From Eremomyces bilateralis CBS 781.70 (lineage: Eukaryota): a stretch of 64,000 bases of DNA. The first letter of the stretch is position 1. Each line of letters opens with the position of its first letter. Positions 23,545 to 34,732 of this stretch are shown here, one piece after another. The position numbers and the translations under genes were made by a program. The stretch lies in assembly GCA_010015585.1 (NCBI GenBank), contig ML975169.1; one strand, written 5' to 3'. Below the pieces are notes generated by a model that was not told the origin of the DNA, ran no database searches, and worked only from the letters and a program-made list of their open reading frames with translations.

Positions 23545-26163
23545 ATGGCTCCGGGAACATCATCAAAGCCGACAGGTAGTGATGATGGGGATCCAGCCTT
23601 GATGCGTAAAGGCTCGGTACGGGCTGCGAGAGAACGTCTTCGTGCTGCACAGCACGGCCAGATGTTACCCAGAGAGGAGACCTTGAGTGTTCAGCAACCG
23701 CCTCCTCGCTCTAGTCTTTTAGTGTCTCAGTTCTCCCCTCAGTCACAGCAACAACATCAGCGTCCTCCTATCTCCACCGCAAGTCCCGGGAGTCTCGGCA
23801 GGTCATCCGAATCACCAGGACCGCAATGGCCGTTGCCAAACGATATCATCGAGGAAGAGCCCGTTCCAAGCGTGCGACGTCCTGCACAACAGCATCAACC
23901 AAAACCGAATCGAGGTCATCCTCCACAACGGCCACCTCGTCCTGCATATGTCCCGGACATTCTCGATCAAACGAGGCAGCCGCCTCCACAACCGCGAGGG
24001 AACCTACAGCAACCTACACAGCCAACCTGGCCCGAAGAAGAATTCCTTGAACCAGACTATCCAACCGCTAAACCGGCCCGACCATTGACGGATTCATCTC
24101 AAGATTCAGCATTGGCAGCTGATTATATCCCCGACTTCCCAGTCCCGAATTCTGGGAACATGCCTCGTCGCCCTCCCACCATCGGGCCTCCTCCATCAGC
24201 ACGCCGCGGCCCATCATCGTACTATTCCCAAATCTCATATGTCTCCCCGATCCAGGAAGAGGCCGAGCACCGTGCGTCGCACGGCTCGTTCGCATCTAGC
24301 AACGTCATTCCTTCCGGGCCCCACCAATTCTACTATGATGAGCATTCGCCTTCCGATGAGGATGCGCCGCATTCTCCAGCTGTCGATGGACGCCACTCGC
24401 GCGGAGAAGACCACGACGAATCAAGTGGGTTGGTCAGGCAGGCGAGTCTGGGAAAGAAGGCCAAGCCGTCCTTGACAACAATCAAGAGCGGTGAAGATTT
24501 GAAATCACACAAAGGACCAAAGCAATCAAAACCGGTGAATACCAAAGGCGCAATTGCTCAAGCCGCAATCGCGGTCGGCACCCAAGGAGGCGCATTTGCC
24601 GCTGGCTTAGGATCTCAACCTGATGGGCCGCGCCCGGGTAGCGCTTTGAGCGGCGGGACTGGTCTCCTTGACCCATCTTCATCGTCATCCGAGTCCGTGG
24701 ACAAAGTCGTCAAAAAGCAAACCGTAACGTCTGCACCGAAGAAACCGATGTCCCCTGGACCGCTTTCACCGCCAAATCGATCCCGTTCACCCCTTGTCCC
24801 CGGCGATCTTCGCAAAGAGACCGGAACACCATTCGACTTCGGTGCCAAGCCTCCGAATCAGTCGACTCTGTCCGATCGTGTGGGGCCTCGACGACCGCCT
24901 CGATTAAATGTGGACGCGGTGCGTGAGGCTGAAATACGAGGTAGTTTGACCAGTCTTCCCGACCTGATTCGACGCGCCACTCGTCTGGCGTCCAACCTTG
25001 ATCGGGGCAAAACCGCTAGTCGGCTAGGGTTCGAAGGCTGGTTCGATCAAGCTGGTGATAGAGGAAAGGGGCTGGATATGGAGAAAGACGACCGAAGATC
25101 TGCCTCGCTATCTGATATGCTCGCATCCTTCCCACCTCCGGGATTGGCCACTCCAACGAGCCCACGGACACCCACTCATGGCAGGTCGAACCGGACTCTG
25201 TCAGGCCTATCGCACCATCGCTTCGATTCCGGCTACCATCTCGAAAAGCCGCCGAAGGCTCGTGGACGCCGCGTCTGTGGCATGCGCCTTGGGCTTTTTG
25301 TGGTCCTCCTCATCATCCTCTTCTGTCTCGTGGTCGCCGCAATCGTCATCCCCATCGCGCTTATTGTTCTTCCCGGCAAGAATCAAGCCGCAAACAGCGG
25401 ATTCAACTCAGCATTTGGAGTGTGCCAGAAGCAGCTCACGTGCGCCAACGGTGGCAGTGTGACCGTGGTAGCCGATGGTTCATGTGGTTGTATCTGCTCG
25501 AATGGATTCACGGGAGCAGCCTGCACGCAAAAGTCCGATGTTGGCTGCTCCACGACCGCGGTCCCGGACGTGCCGAATGCAACGGTGGGCACCGCGATTC
25601 CACGCCTTCTGCAGGCTGCGCAGAAGAACTTCAGCGTTCCGTTGGAAGCGTCCAAGCTACTTGCCGTGTTCGCATATAGCAACACCAGCTGTGCGGCCGA
25701 AAACGCCCTTGTTTCGTTCAATGGTCTAATCGCTCGATCGCTGGAGCCACAAGAGGGATCTTCAACCCTTCCGGAGCTCGCCCTTCGGGAAGCACAGGGA
25801 GATGCTTTCATTACCGGCGGTCTAGTGGTGGCGGCACCGACTCTCGTGCCAACTGGAAGCTCGGATAATAGTCCTCCCGCTCCAACCTACACCAGCCCAC
25901 CGATTTCTGGAACATCCACTCAAATCATGGACTTCGCTCGCACTGCAGTGCTCTATATCCTGCAGGAATCACGGAACCTTGATGATGCCGTACTCGCGCA
26001 GGAGAGATTGCAGGCCTATTTCTCCCGTGCCAGCTCCGGTAGCACGAAGGATTCGCGTGTCGATGCAGGCAATCGCAACATCGTCGATCTCAGCGGGCTC
26101 CGAGTGAAATTGGGCAACGGAACGGTAGCGGGCGGTTCCGGCAACGTGACTTCAAGTCTATAG
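23545..26163 (+). CDS. Type II membrane protein: Pro/Ser-rich cytoplasmic region, one TM helix, EGF-like ectodomain
   Basis: Single ORF with first ATG at 23545. RGSLTSLPDLIRRATRLASNLDRG block, TM LFVVLLIILFCLVVAAIVIPIALIVL, EGF-like CANGG...CGCICSNGFTGAAC, several N-glycosylation sequons. Confidence 0.8.
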   Translation: MAPGTSSKPTGSDDGDPALMRKGSVRAARERLRAAQHGQMLPREETLSVQQPPPRSSLLVSQFSPQSQQQHQRPPISTASPGSLGRSSESPGPQWPLPNDIIEEEPVPSVRRPAQQHQPKPNRGHPPQRPPRPAYVPDILDQTRQPPPQPRGNLQQPTQPTWPEEEFLEPDYPTAKPARPLTDSSQDSALAADYIPDFPVPNSGNMPRRPPTIGPPPSARRGPSSYYSQISYVSPIQEEAEHRASHGSFASSNVIPSGPHQFYYDEHSPSDEDAPHSPAVDGRHSRGEDHDESSGLVRQASLGKKAKPSLTTIKSGEDLKSHKGPKQSKPVNTKGAIAQAAIAVGTQGGAFAAGLGSQPDGPRPGSALSGGTGLLDPSSSSSESVDKVVKKQTVTSAPKKPMSPGPLSPPNRSRSPLVPGDLRKETGTPFDFGAKPPNQSTLSDRVGPRRPPRLNVDAVREAEIRGSLTSLPDLIRRATRLASNLDRGKTASRLGFEGWFDQAGDRGKGLDMEKDDRRSASLSDMLASFPPPGLATPTSPRTPTHGRSNRTLSGLSHHRFDSGYHLEKPPKARGRRVCGMRLGLFVVLLIILFCLVVAAIVIPIALIVLPGKNQAANSGFNSAFGVCQKQLTCANGGSVTVVADGSCGCICSNGFTGAACTQKSDVGCSTTAVPDVPNATVGTAIPRLLQAAQKNFSVPLEASKLLAVFAYSNTSCAAENALVSFNGLIARSLEPQEGSSTLPELALREAQGDAFITGGLVVAAPTLVPTGSSDNSPPAPTYTSPPISGTSTQIMDFARTAVLYILQESRNLDDAVLAQERLQAYFSRASSGSTKDSRVDAGNRNIVDLSGLRVKLGNGTVAGGSGNVTSSL

Positions 26164-27465
26164 TATGCAACCTTGATGGCTTCCATGGACCTTTTATTTT
26201 CGATCCAGTGGGCTATGAGTTCTTCGCGGTGATGGAATCCCGAAAAAGTTCTCCATGTCATCTGCTTGCAAAGGAGCAGTCGCATTTTCACGCGTTTTCT
26301 TACGGCGGAATGGGTTTCCGGGCGTTTTCCAACGAATACTTTTATCTTCTGTTCCTTAGTTCTATACCACCTAGGCGAACTGACATTAATGTTGTCATTT
26401 GTGGTTATAGTGTCGAAGATACACTGAACTTGGCTGGGGGTTGCTGGATGACATCCTAAGTTCATTCAGTAAGGACGACGAGGATAAGATGATCAGGACG
26501 AAAGAGACGGCATCTTGTTGTATATAACTTCCATATATCTATACTGATATGTCTGACAGGATATTGTTGGGGGAGCAACGATTAGTTCTGTGTAGTACAG
26601 CACGGAATAGTTCGTATTCTGTGGTCATTGCAGGAAATTTGCTTGCTGCTGTGATATGTGATCCCCTAGAACGGCATAACCAGTAAGGTTTCAAGCCACA
26701 ACATTATCATCTCCTCGGCACGCAGGCGCCTCGTCGCACAGCATCGATCATCTCCCATGCCAACGCCTAACCGCCTACATTTTTTCGACATCGATCGATC
26801 CATATGCATTTTCATCGGAGCCATTTCTTCCAATCACCGAGACTTTCATTAACGTCCATCCAAGTGCAACGTAACCCGTCCTCCCTTCGTTGAGTTCGTT
26901 CCAATCAACGATTTTTCATGACCGCGGACCTCTATGCTGATTTGACCGAGCGCGATGGACCGCTCCCTAGTGGATGCCAACCCGATGCCAACTCATGATT
27001 TGCTCTGGTTCCTGAAGATCAGATGCAGCCGCCTTCACCAGGGAGCGGCGTGGACGTATCAAATCCCATCTTGCGTTGTTCAAGTCGACCGTGTAAGACA
27101 CTGGGCCTATGGAGACCGCATACTGTTGCGTACTGCTGCTAGGGAAACCAATCCCCATCCGCTGTGTTGTCTTATGCGGTGTATTTTTTGACGCTATATT
27201 TGCTGAGTACGGTAGGTATTGTGCGAAATAGGAAGAGGTTGGGTGATAAGAGGTCGATAATATTGGACCCGATATGTTCTTGAGCGATTTCTTCCCCGTC
27301 CCTTAAGACTGTCCTGATGGTCCATCCTGAATCTTCCAGTTGAATACGAAACTTTCGTTCTGATTTCAGTCGGATACTACATTGCTACGATATCCATCGA
27401 GTCTCTTGTTCATTTATATACCATCAGTTTCGTTCTTTCATATACATTGAGAGACGCGGTGTCCT

Positions 27466-27550
27466 GTTACTTAGGATATCAAGTTACTTAGGATATCAAG
27501 TTACTTAGGATATCAAGTTACTTAGGATATCAAGTTACTTAGGATATCCA
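27466..27550. repeat. 17-bp minisatellite GTTACTTAGGATATCAA x5
   Basis: Four exact copies plus a fifth ending CCA, read directly. Confidence 0.95.
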
Positions 27551-27911
27551 GTTCAGTCCAGAGCCAGTACCTGTAAGCATGAAAGGTTCCCTTCCCTTCC
27601 ATCATTATCCTGTTGTCTCCTTACTTGGGGCATTCTCAGTCAAATATATCCTCATCACCAATGATCCAGTGGCCAGATGTATATAACAGCGATTCCATCA
27701 ATTGGTGGATGTGGCCCTCGAAACACTGCGTATCCTTTCATCAGATGCAAGGCATTGACTTGCGGTTCTCGCAATCCTGTTTTACTATGCGTGTTTCCAA
27801 CTCAGCCGAACTTGGCCTGGCATCTCTCTTGTCTGCTCTTAAGGTGCCCTGCTGTCTCTTTTCCTAACCTGAGTCCTTAAACATGTTTTTGCAAAGCTGA
27901 TCTCGGGCAAG

Positions 27912-30357
27912 ATGGGACCAGTTATGACGGTGAGGGTGATTACGTTGTTGATCCATTTCGCAACAGCGAACATCATCTTCCCATACGTACAACCAATATG
28001 CGATCCCACGAATCTCGCATATCCAGGATGTCTCCGCGGCCAAGTTTGCTTAGCCAACGGCACGTAAGTTTGTCTAGTTCCATCTTTACGGGTTGGTCCT
28101 CACGGGTATGGCTCCAGATGCAAACTCGATGACGACCCCTTCTATCCGCAATCATTTAGACGCCGTGCCGACGATCTTGTCAATATCGTGCCTCCCCGCT
28201 CAGATGGTAAATGCGGCCAAAATGCAGGAGGCGCCACGTGTGGTCCCGATCCAAAAGGACCATTTGGACCTTGCTGCTCACAACATGGGTATGTCAACTC
28301 CTGTCCATTGAACATTTATAAAAACTCATTTGACCTCCCGCAGATGGTGCGGGAAAACGGACGTCCATTGTGCAGCCTCGCAAGGATGCCAGGCAGAGTT
28401 TGGGGTTTGCGCTTCCGTTACAACGTCCTCAATAATTACAAGCACAAAGGCTGCGAAACCCAACTCCGAAACGGCGAGGGTCAGCTCGGGAGAACCGGTT
28501 ATCGGAATTCCTACGAGTTCTGCACCTCGTCAACCTCAAACAACTGTGATAACCGAGGACGGAAGTTGTGGAATCCAGCATGACCATACTGAGTGTGGAG
28601 ATTGGTCTAATGGCGCTTGCTGTAGCATGTATGGGTTTTGTGGGAACACGTATGTTTCTTGCTGTCTCTGCCCTGATGCATTTTGGCTGATCACAAACTA
28701 CAGCATCGCTCATTGTGGCGATGGATGCCAGTCTGGACCATGCCTGAATGAGGCAGTCCCTAAAGCACCTGGCCCAAGTCCAGCACCGGCAAACGCAAAT
28801 CCTGGAAAGTTCAGTCTGGTCGGTGACTCTGGTGTTCCTGCAATGCATGCAGGACTGTTGCCAAACGGAAAAGTTGTGTTTCTGGATAAGGTCGAGAACT
28901 ACACCCAAATGAAACTTCCGAACGGACAGTACGCGTACTCATCCGAGTGGGATCCGGTGTCCAAGAAGGTTGTGCCACTTGGATATAAAACGAATGCGTT
29001 CTGCGCTGGGGGTATATTCTTAGCGGATGGCACCTTCGTTTCGCTTGGTGGGAATTTCCCACTGACAGATATCGATCCAACCGTTGGGGATGGCTTCAAA
29101 GCAATCCGGCATCTTAGGCGCTCGTTAACGGATGCATCACTGGATGGCCAAAACTGGATTGAGGGTGCTAACCAAATGTCCACCGGTAGATGGTACGCGT
29201 CTGCACAGACTCTACCGGACGGCAAAATCTTCGTCGCTTCCGGCAGCCTCAACGGACTGGATCCAACAGTGTTCGCGAACAATAACCCGACGTACGAGAT
29301 TTTATCGAGAAATGGGCAACCAGTTGGCGGTTCCATCCCAATGGAACTTCTTGTGAAAGCTCAGCCTTATTACATGTATCCATTCATCCATCTCCTGCGA
29401 GATGGTTCTCTATTCGTCTTCGCGTCGAAGTCATCGGAATTGTTCGATTCGGTTACGAACCGTACAATACGACAGTTTACAGACCTCCCTGGAGACTACC
29501 GCTCCTATCCAAACACCGGCTCGTCAGTGATATTGCCCCTTTCTTCGGCGAATAACTGGGACCCAGAAGTCTACGTTTGCGGCGGGGGAGCCTATCAAGA
29601 CCTAACTTCACCGACCGATCCATCATGTGGACGCATCGCACCACTGTCACAAAATCCAGAGTGGGAGATGGACAGCATGCCGCAGGGACGATGTATGGTG
29701 GAAGGAGTGTTACTTCCGGATGGTAGCGTCGCATGGCTCAACGGTGCGAGCAAAGGTGCTCAAGGGTTTCTCCTCGCGGCGAATCCCACCTTGGAGCTTC
29801 TTCTCATGGATCCGACCAAGCCGCTCGGACAACGTTGGATGACAGACGCCGCGAGCGAGATCCCTCGATTGTATCATTCTGTGGCACTCTTATTGTTGGA
29901 TGGCACCATCCTCGTCGCAGGATCCAACCCGGTGGAGATGCCCATCTTAAAACCAACGGAACAGAGCCCCTATGTGACGGAGTTCAGGATGGAAATCTAT
30001 ACTCCGCCCTACTTGCGTGACGACAATGCAACCAAGCGCCCATCGAAGCTTACGCTTTCTAAAACAACTGTCTCCGCGTCGTCCGGGACCGATTCGGTGA
30101 CCGCTACGTTCTCGGTTCCCAAAGGGGCGAACAAGGCCAAGGTTTCATTAATATATGGAGGATTTGTCACGCACTCCGTTCACATGGGACAGCGGATGCT
30201 GTGGCTCGACATTGAAGGATGGAAAGCAGGCAACACGGAACAGAAGATTGTGGTCAAGGCACCTCCAAGCACAAGTGTGGCCCCTCCAGGACCGTACATG
30301 CTTTTTGTTGTCGTTGATGGCATCCCATCGGTTGGTCAATTCGTCATGGTAAATTAG
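27912..30357 (+). CDS. Secreted AA5_1 copper radical (glyoxal oxidase-like) oxidase with two N-terminal hevein/CBM18 domains, about 760 aa; introns 28064-28117, 28289-28343, 28650-28703
   Basis: Hydrophobic N-terminus. Hevein motifs DGKCG..CCSQHG|WCG..HC..GCQ and DGSCG..CCSMYGFCGN..HCGDGCQSGPC. Catalytic residues in NAFCAGG, RWY, RLYHS, FVTHS. C-terminal APPGPYMLFVV. Confidence 0.9.
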
Positions 30358-30776
30358 AAGGAGGTCGGAAAGAGTAATAAGGGTCTATCCCCAGTGGACA
30401 AAGGTGGATGAGATCATGTGTTTGATGAACGCCTCCAGTGGACGTAATGATAGGGATGTATAGATATACCTAAAATGAATATAATGTAATGGGACTCTTG
30501 GCCCTTAGGTGAAGTAAACTTTAGCAATAGCAAGCATCAAGGATATTGGAAGACCCGATGGTATCCTTCAGGATCGGGGTAGACGAAGTTTATGGCTTAG
30601 ATCATCAGGGCTGGCAGATCTGAGAGTCCTTTTGACCTAAACCTTTCCCACTCACGGCATTGTAGTACGGTAACCAGTTGAGATTCCAATCAGGAGAGTG
30701 ACCAACCGTCCGCTTGTGGCAGTATAACGCGAACTTTGTTTGGTACCTATGGTCGTCATCTGGTATACAAGAAAGG

Positions 30777-32024
30777 CTATGCCCAGGGCCGCCTGATAAC
30801 GGGCCGCGCAGGATCCCACGGTCCATATATCTCGTTCTTGTACTTCTGCAGGCCAATGAGCCACCAACTACACAGGCCCATAGCCAGGCTCGTGATGATA
30901 TATCCCAAAATTGCCCCGATGGCGCCAGCCTTCCAGCGGCCGCCAGACACCGTAACCCCAAGTCCGCTCCCAGCCATGCCAACTAAGACCACCGTTAGTG
31001 ACAAATGCGCCTGCCAGCTGGTCCGCCGTAGGTCGAGCCGAAAGATTGGGAACAGAGCAAACACTTCGATGGAGAACAACATCAGAAGAAACACATCCGT
31101 CGTGCTCGTTAACCGGCTGGCTAAGACAGTACTGGCCATCACTGCGGCGTTCATAGATAAAGAAGCCGGGAATTTGGCAGAAATTTCGGAGGAGTAGTCA
31201 AAGAAAAAGACATTGATGATCATAAGCCAGCAGGACATTGCCCAGATGGAGTCGGAAGAAGTGGACTTGGTGAGGGACTTGAGAATCGGGGAAAGGCCTA
31301 GGAGAGTACAGTAGATAAGGATACCGGACTTTATGGTGGTTAATCGAGTTTGGGTAGGGACGGAGAGCATTGTGAGAGTGACACCCGATATTGGGACCGC
31401 TTCGTGACCCTTCGTTCCATTCGTAGACCCCGAGCCTTGCTTTTCATCTAACATCGCAGAAGGCGAGTTTGTCGCATTGGTAGGAAGATCGTGCTCCCTC
31501 TCATCCTCGTTCTCGCCCTCGGGACCGTGGTCAAACCTCGTCTCGTCATGACCCAGCCAGTACTCGCAGAACACCCATCCCAGAATGGTGGCTCCGCTTC
31601 CCCAGTAGGCGATTGTAAACGGTGATGTCCTCTCCTGGTATATCCCCGCAAAGCAGCATGCAAAGATTGCTACCGAGCAAACATGTTGCACAATCACCGT
31701 GCTCTCCGCAGCCAAGGGCCAGAACTCATAGGAACGCAACTGCGGATTGCGTTGAAGATGGTCTAAGAAGGTTGCCTCATCGGTGTAGTTGTCGGGGAAT
31801 TCCTGCGGCACCCACAAGAGCTTTTGCCATACTGGTTTCGCGCTTCGTCGAGTGGGCCGTTTCTTGCGAGCCGAGCGTGGAGCGGGATTGGAGACGGATG
31901 GATCGTCGCCAGTAGGATGTGTTGGCGGAGAGCGATGGGTAGTGCCACTACTGCGGGAGGTTTCTGGAGGAGTAAGGTGGGATGGATCTCGTATATGAGC
32001 ATACGCTTGACGGAGGGAGGTCAT
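30777..32024 (-). CDS. GPI2: GPI-GlcNAc transferase subunit C (PIG-C)
   Basis: WQKLLWVPQEFPDNYTD, LSPILKSLTKSTSSDSIWAM, SMNAAVMASTVLASRL, LQKYKNEIYGPWDPA. Confidence 0.93.
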   Translation of the reverse strand: MTSLRQAYAHIRDPSHLTPPETSRSSGTTHRSPPTHPTGDDPSVSNPAPRSARKKRPTRRSAKPVWQKLLWVPQEFPDNYTDEATFLDHLQRNPQLRSYEFWPLAAESTVIVQHVCSVAIFACCFAGIYQERTSPFTIAYWGSGATILGWVFCEYWLGHDETRFDHGPEGENEDEREHDLPTNATNSPSAMLDEKQGSGSTNGTKGHEAVPISGVTLTMLSVPTQTRLTTIKSGILIYCTLLGLSPILKSLTKSTSSDSIWAMSCWLMIINVFFFDYSSEISAKFPASLSMNAAVMASTVLASRLTSTTDVFLLMLFSIEVFALFPIFRLDLRRTSWQAHLSLTVVLVGMAGSGLGVTVSGGRWKAGAIGAILGYIITSLAMGLCSWWLIGLQKYKNEIYGPWDPARPVIRRPWA

Positions 32025-32416
32025 GGAGAGAAATGGTTCTCCGAGTTGGATCGTAGGTTCGAGTTCTTATTGAGTGGTGGATTGCTGGACGTCCGCGAAC
32101 GGCATCTTCTCACAAGGTCAGGCGCTTTGGACCACGTGAATGGTCATGCGGGCTTCATAGTCCTATCATCATATGTCGCGATAGTTGTTGGATGGTGTAG
32201 ATGTTGATTTGAAATTTATATCGACACGAATAATTGGTACTTTAATGACGTCTTGTCGGTGGTTGACTATGGGACGCGATCCGGCGATAGCTTCGGACTA
32301 ATCAACCATCAAGGTTCCGACCTGACTCCAGCACCCTGACATCTTTGGATATCTCCCTATTATCTTCACATCTCTTCTCCTACATCCAAGTCATCTCCTA
32401 GGTATACGCATACATC

Positions 32417-34238
32417 ATGTCGTCTCCTGTACCGGCAGGCAGAGCCCTACATGGGCGGAAAGCGTCCGAGACGACCGCAACGAGAGTTGAGCCCAAGCAG
32501 TCGAAGAAGTCACCATCCCAACCCGAAGTCCACTTCACCACTTTGATCAGACTCCCGTTCGACAGAGGAGATTTTGTAGACCCCCCTCAGGTATATAAGC
32601 ATCTTGGAACCTTTCGCGCTGAAAGAGCCATGAGATTGACCGGAGTCAGGTTCAATGGGACGCCGCCAAAGACAAGTCGCTATGGAAGGTCATCTCTCGA
32701 TCTTCAACAACGGATCTGAACTGTGCGTATACTGTATTCATCCTTTAGGCATTAGGCTAATGATGCGTAGGGGAAGATCTGTAAGCTACCGAAGCTCCTT
32801 GCGTCATAACGTTGCCTAAACACAGATCAGCGCCACGAAGCTCGACGTCCCTCAGCCTTTCCTCCTTCAACAAGCGGCATGGCTATATGAGCGACACCTA
32901 TCCCATGTTCGTGCTCAGATGCGGAAAGTCAATCCAATAAATCCCCCAGCGGGTGTCTTGGGCTCGGGCAGCATATCAGCAGCTTCACCCGTGGGGCCAC
33001 CGGGAAAGCCAGCCCCCGGTATGGACAACCCTGGAGATGGAAGGGGCGATTTCGGAAGAATACTGACCATATTTCAGGGTCAAGAGCACCAAGTGCTCTC
33101 TCAGTCCGGACGCGGGATATAGGTCAAGCAGAATGGAGCGGTCCCGGAACTCCGAGGCCAGCTGGTATGTCGATTGCACGGATAGTCCCAACCCACGAGC
33201 TGACACGGCAACTGTTGGACAGCCCCTTCAAGGCATCCCTCAACGAGCACTGTGACCGAAAGCCGGCAATTTGTCCCGGCAAGTCCAAGACAACCAGTGA
33301 GACAACTGCGCGGCTCGTTCGGCGCCGGTCGAAGACCCGATATTGCTCTTTCTTCAAGAACAGCAGCGGCTCACGCGCAGAACCGGTCCCCTCCACGATC
33401 TCCTTCACTCTCGTCCTCCTTATCCTCCACAAGCTCATCAGATGACGAGGCTCCGCCACAGCGCTCGCAGTTCCTAAGACGGCCACCTCGATTCAAGCCG
33501 AACAAAGCGCCACTCAGTACCTTGGACTCGGACGGTGAGGGCGACGCCGACTCAGATTCAGAGGATTCGCTGCCATTCGCCGCGGCAGCAGCGACAGGTG
33601 GCGACAGAACACGCTCCAAAATACCCGATGTCCGACCTGCGGATCTCGGAGCCACGGTTCGCGAAACCCGATCGCAGGCTCCTTCACTGAGCTCGTCCGC
33701 CACGGAGCCATCGTCCTCGCCTGCGCGAACCACCGCGAAAGGCAAAGCCCGGATCCCCAACATCGATTCCTCCACCGCATCCACCAGCTCCGCGAGTTCC
33801 GCCCCCGGACCCTCCGGCACCAACCCGCCCGCCTCCCAACCCCCAGGCCCCCTCAGTCCCCGCCACCGGGCCAACCTCGCGCGCCTGAACCGGAAAGACC
33901 GCCACAGCGACGGAACGCCGAGCATGGGGAGCAGCTTCAGCGACCTGGACGGTGAGTTCCCCTCCTCCCCCTCCGCATCCTCCATCCCCGCGGTGCCGAA
34001 CGGGCCGAGTACGGGCCCGCTTGCGCAGGCCCTGTTGCTATCCTCGCAGGCGACGGCGGTGAAGAATGTCACGCGAAAGAATGCGACCCGGCTGACGAAG
34101 ATGTGGAATTGATGAGGTAAAGATGCGAGCGTGACACAGAGTGCTTTGGAAGAGGCGCTGTTGAGCAACATGAGACACGGTGGGATGACGAGTCGGATGA
34201 GCTCCTTGAGCCAGGCGTTGAAGTCGAAGTACCTTTAA
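32417..34238 (+). CDS. ATG29: Autophagy protein Atg29 (multi-exon, with a 10-nt microexon at 32771-32780)
   Basis: FTTLIRLPFDRGDFVDPPQ|VQWDAAKDKSLWKVIS, N|WED|LATKLDVPQPFLLQQAAWLYERHL, SDGTPSMGSSFSDLD|DASVTQSALEEALLS...SQALKSKYL*. Confidence 0.9.
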
Positions 34239-34732
34239 AGGGTTTCAGGGAATGACGATAGCGATCGAATGTATTAGCGACAAGGACCATGGAGTTTGGG
34301 CTGGGATACGATATTTCGTTCAGAAGCTGCTCGGTTTTGCTTCCTTTGACAATCACGTTATGACATGGTCAGGATGCGGATGGAACGACTGGTTCTTGGA
34401 TTAGTCCCAGGAGAAGGATGACTATAAATAAATACAGGTAATCTAATCATGAACCACGCTCTGACGCGGCATTCTGTACATTTCGGTTGTCGAATGCCCG
34501 AAAATCATGTTTTCGTAAAACGCCCATCAAATACCGGATTGATCCCCTTTAAAATAGGCTCGTGAGGCCGTGCAAAGTATTAACCAGGCCCAAATGTCCG
34601 CGCTGACACGAAGACGCAAGGAAAACGCATTTCGAAGAGTGACAAGTAGCCCTGTCAGAGATATCCTAACCGTCGAAATGTTTTGCGCACTGAACAAATG
34701 ACTGGCCAAAAACGCCGCTGAACGCCATTTCG

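Noticed and set aside
27466..27550. CRISPR-like interpretation of the repeat
   Set aside because: The units are directly adjacent with no spacers, the context is eukaryotic, and there are no cas genes.
33371..34171. Long antisense ORFs (also 16247-16792, 41954-42514, 57253-57918, 58431-59036, 61100-61756)
   Set aside because: These are shadows of GC- or codon-biased real genes on the opposite strand and show no recognisable domains.
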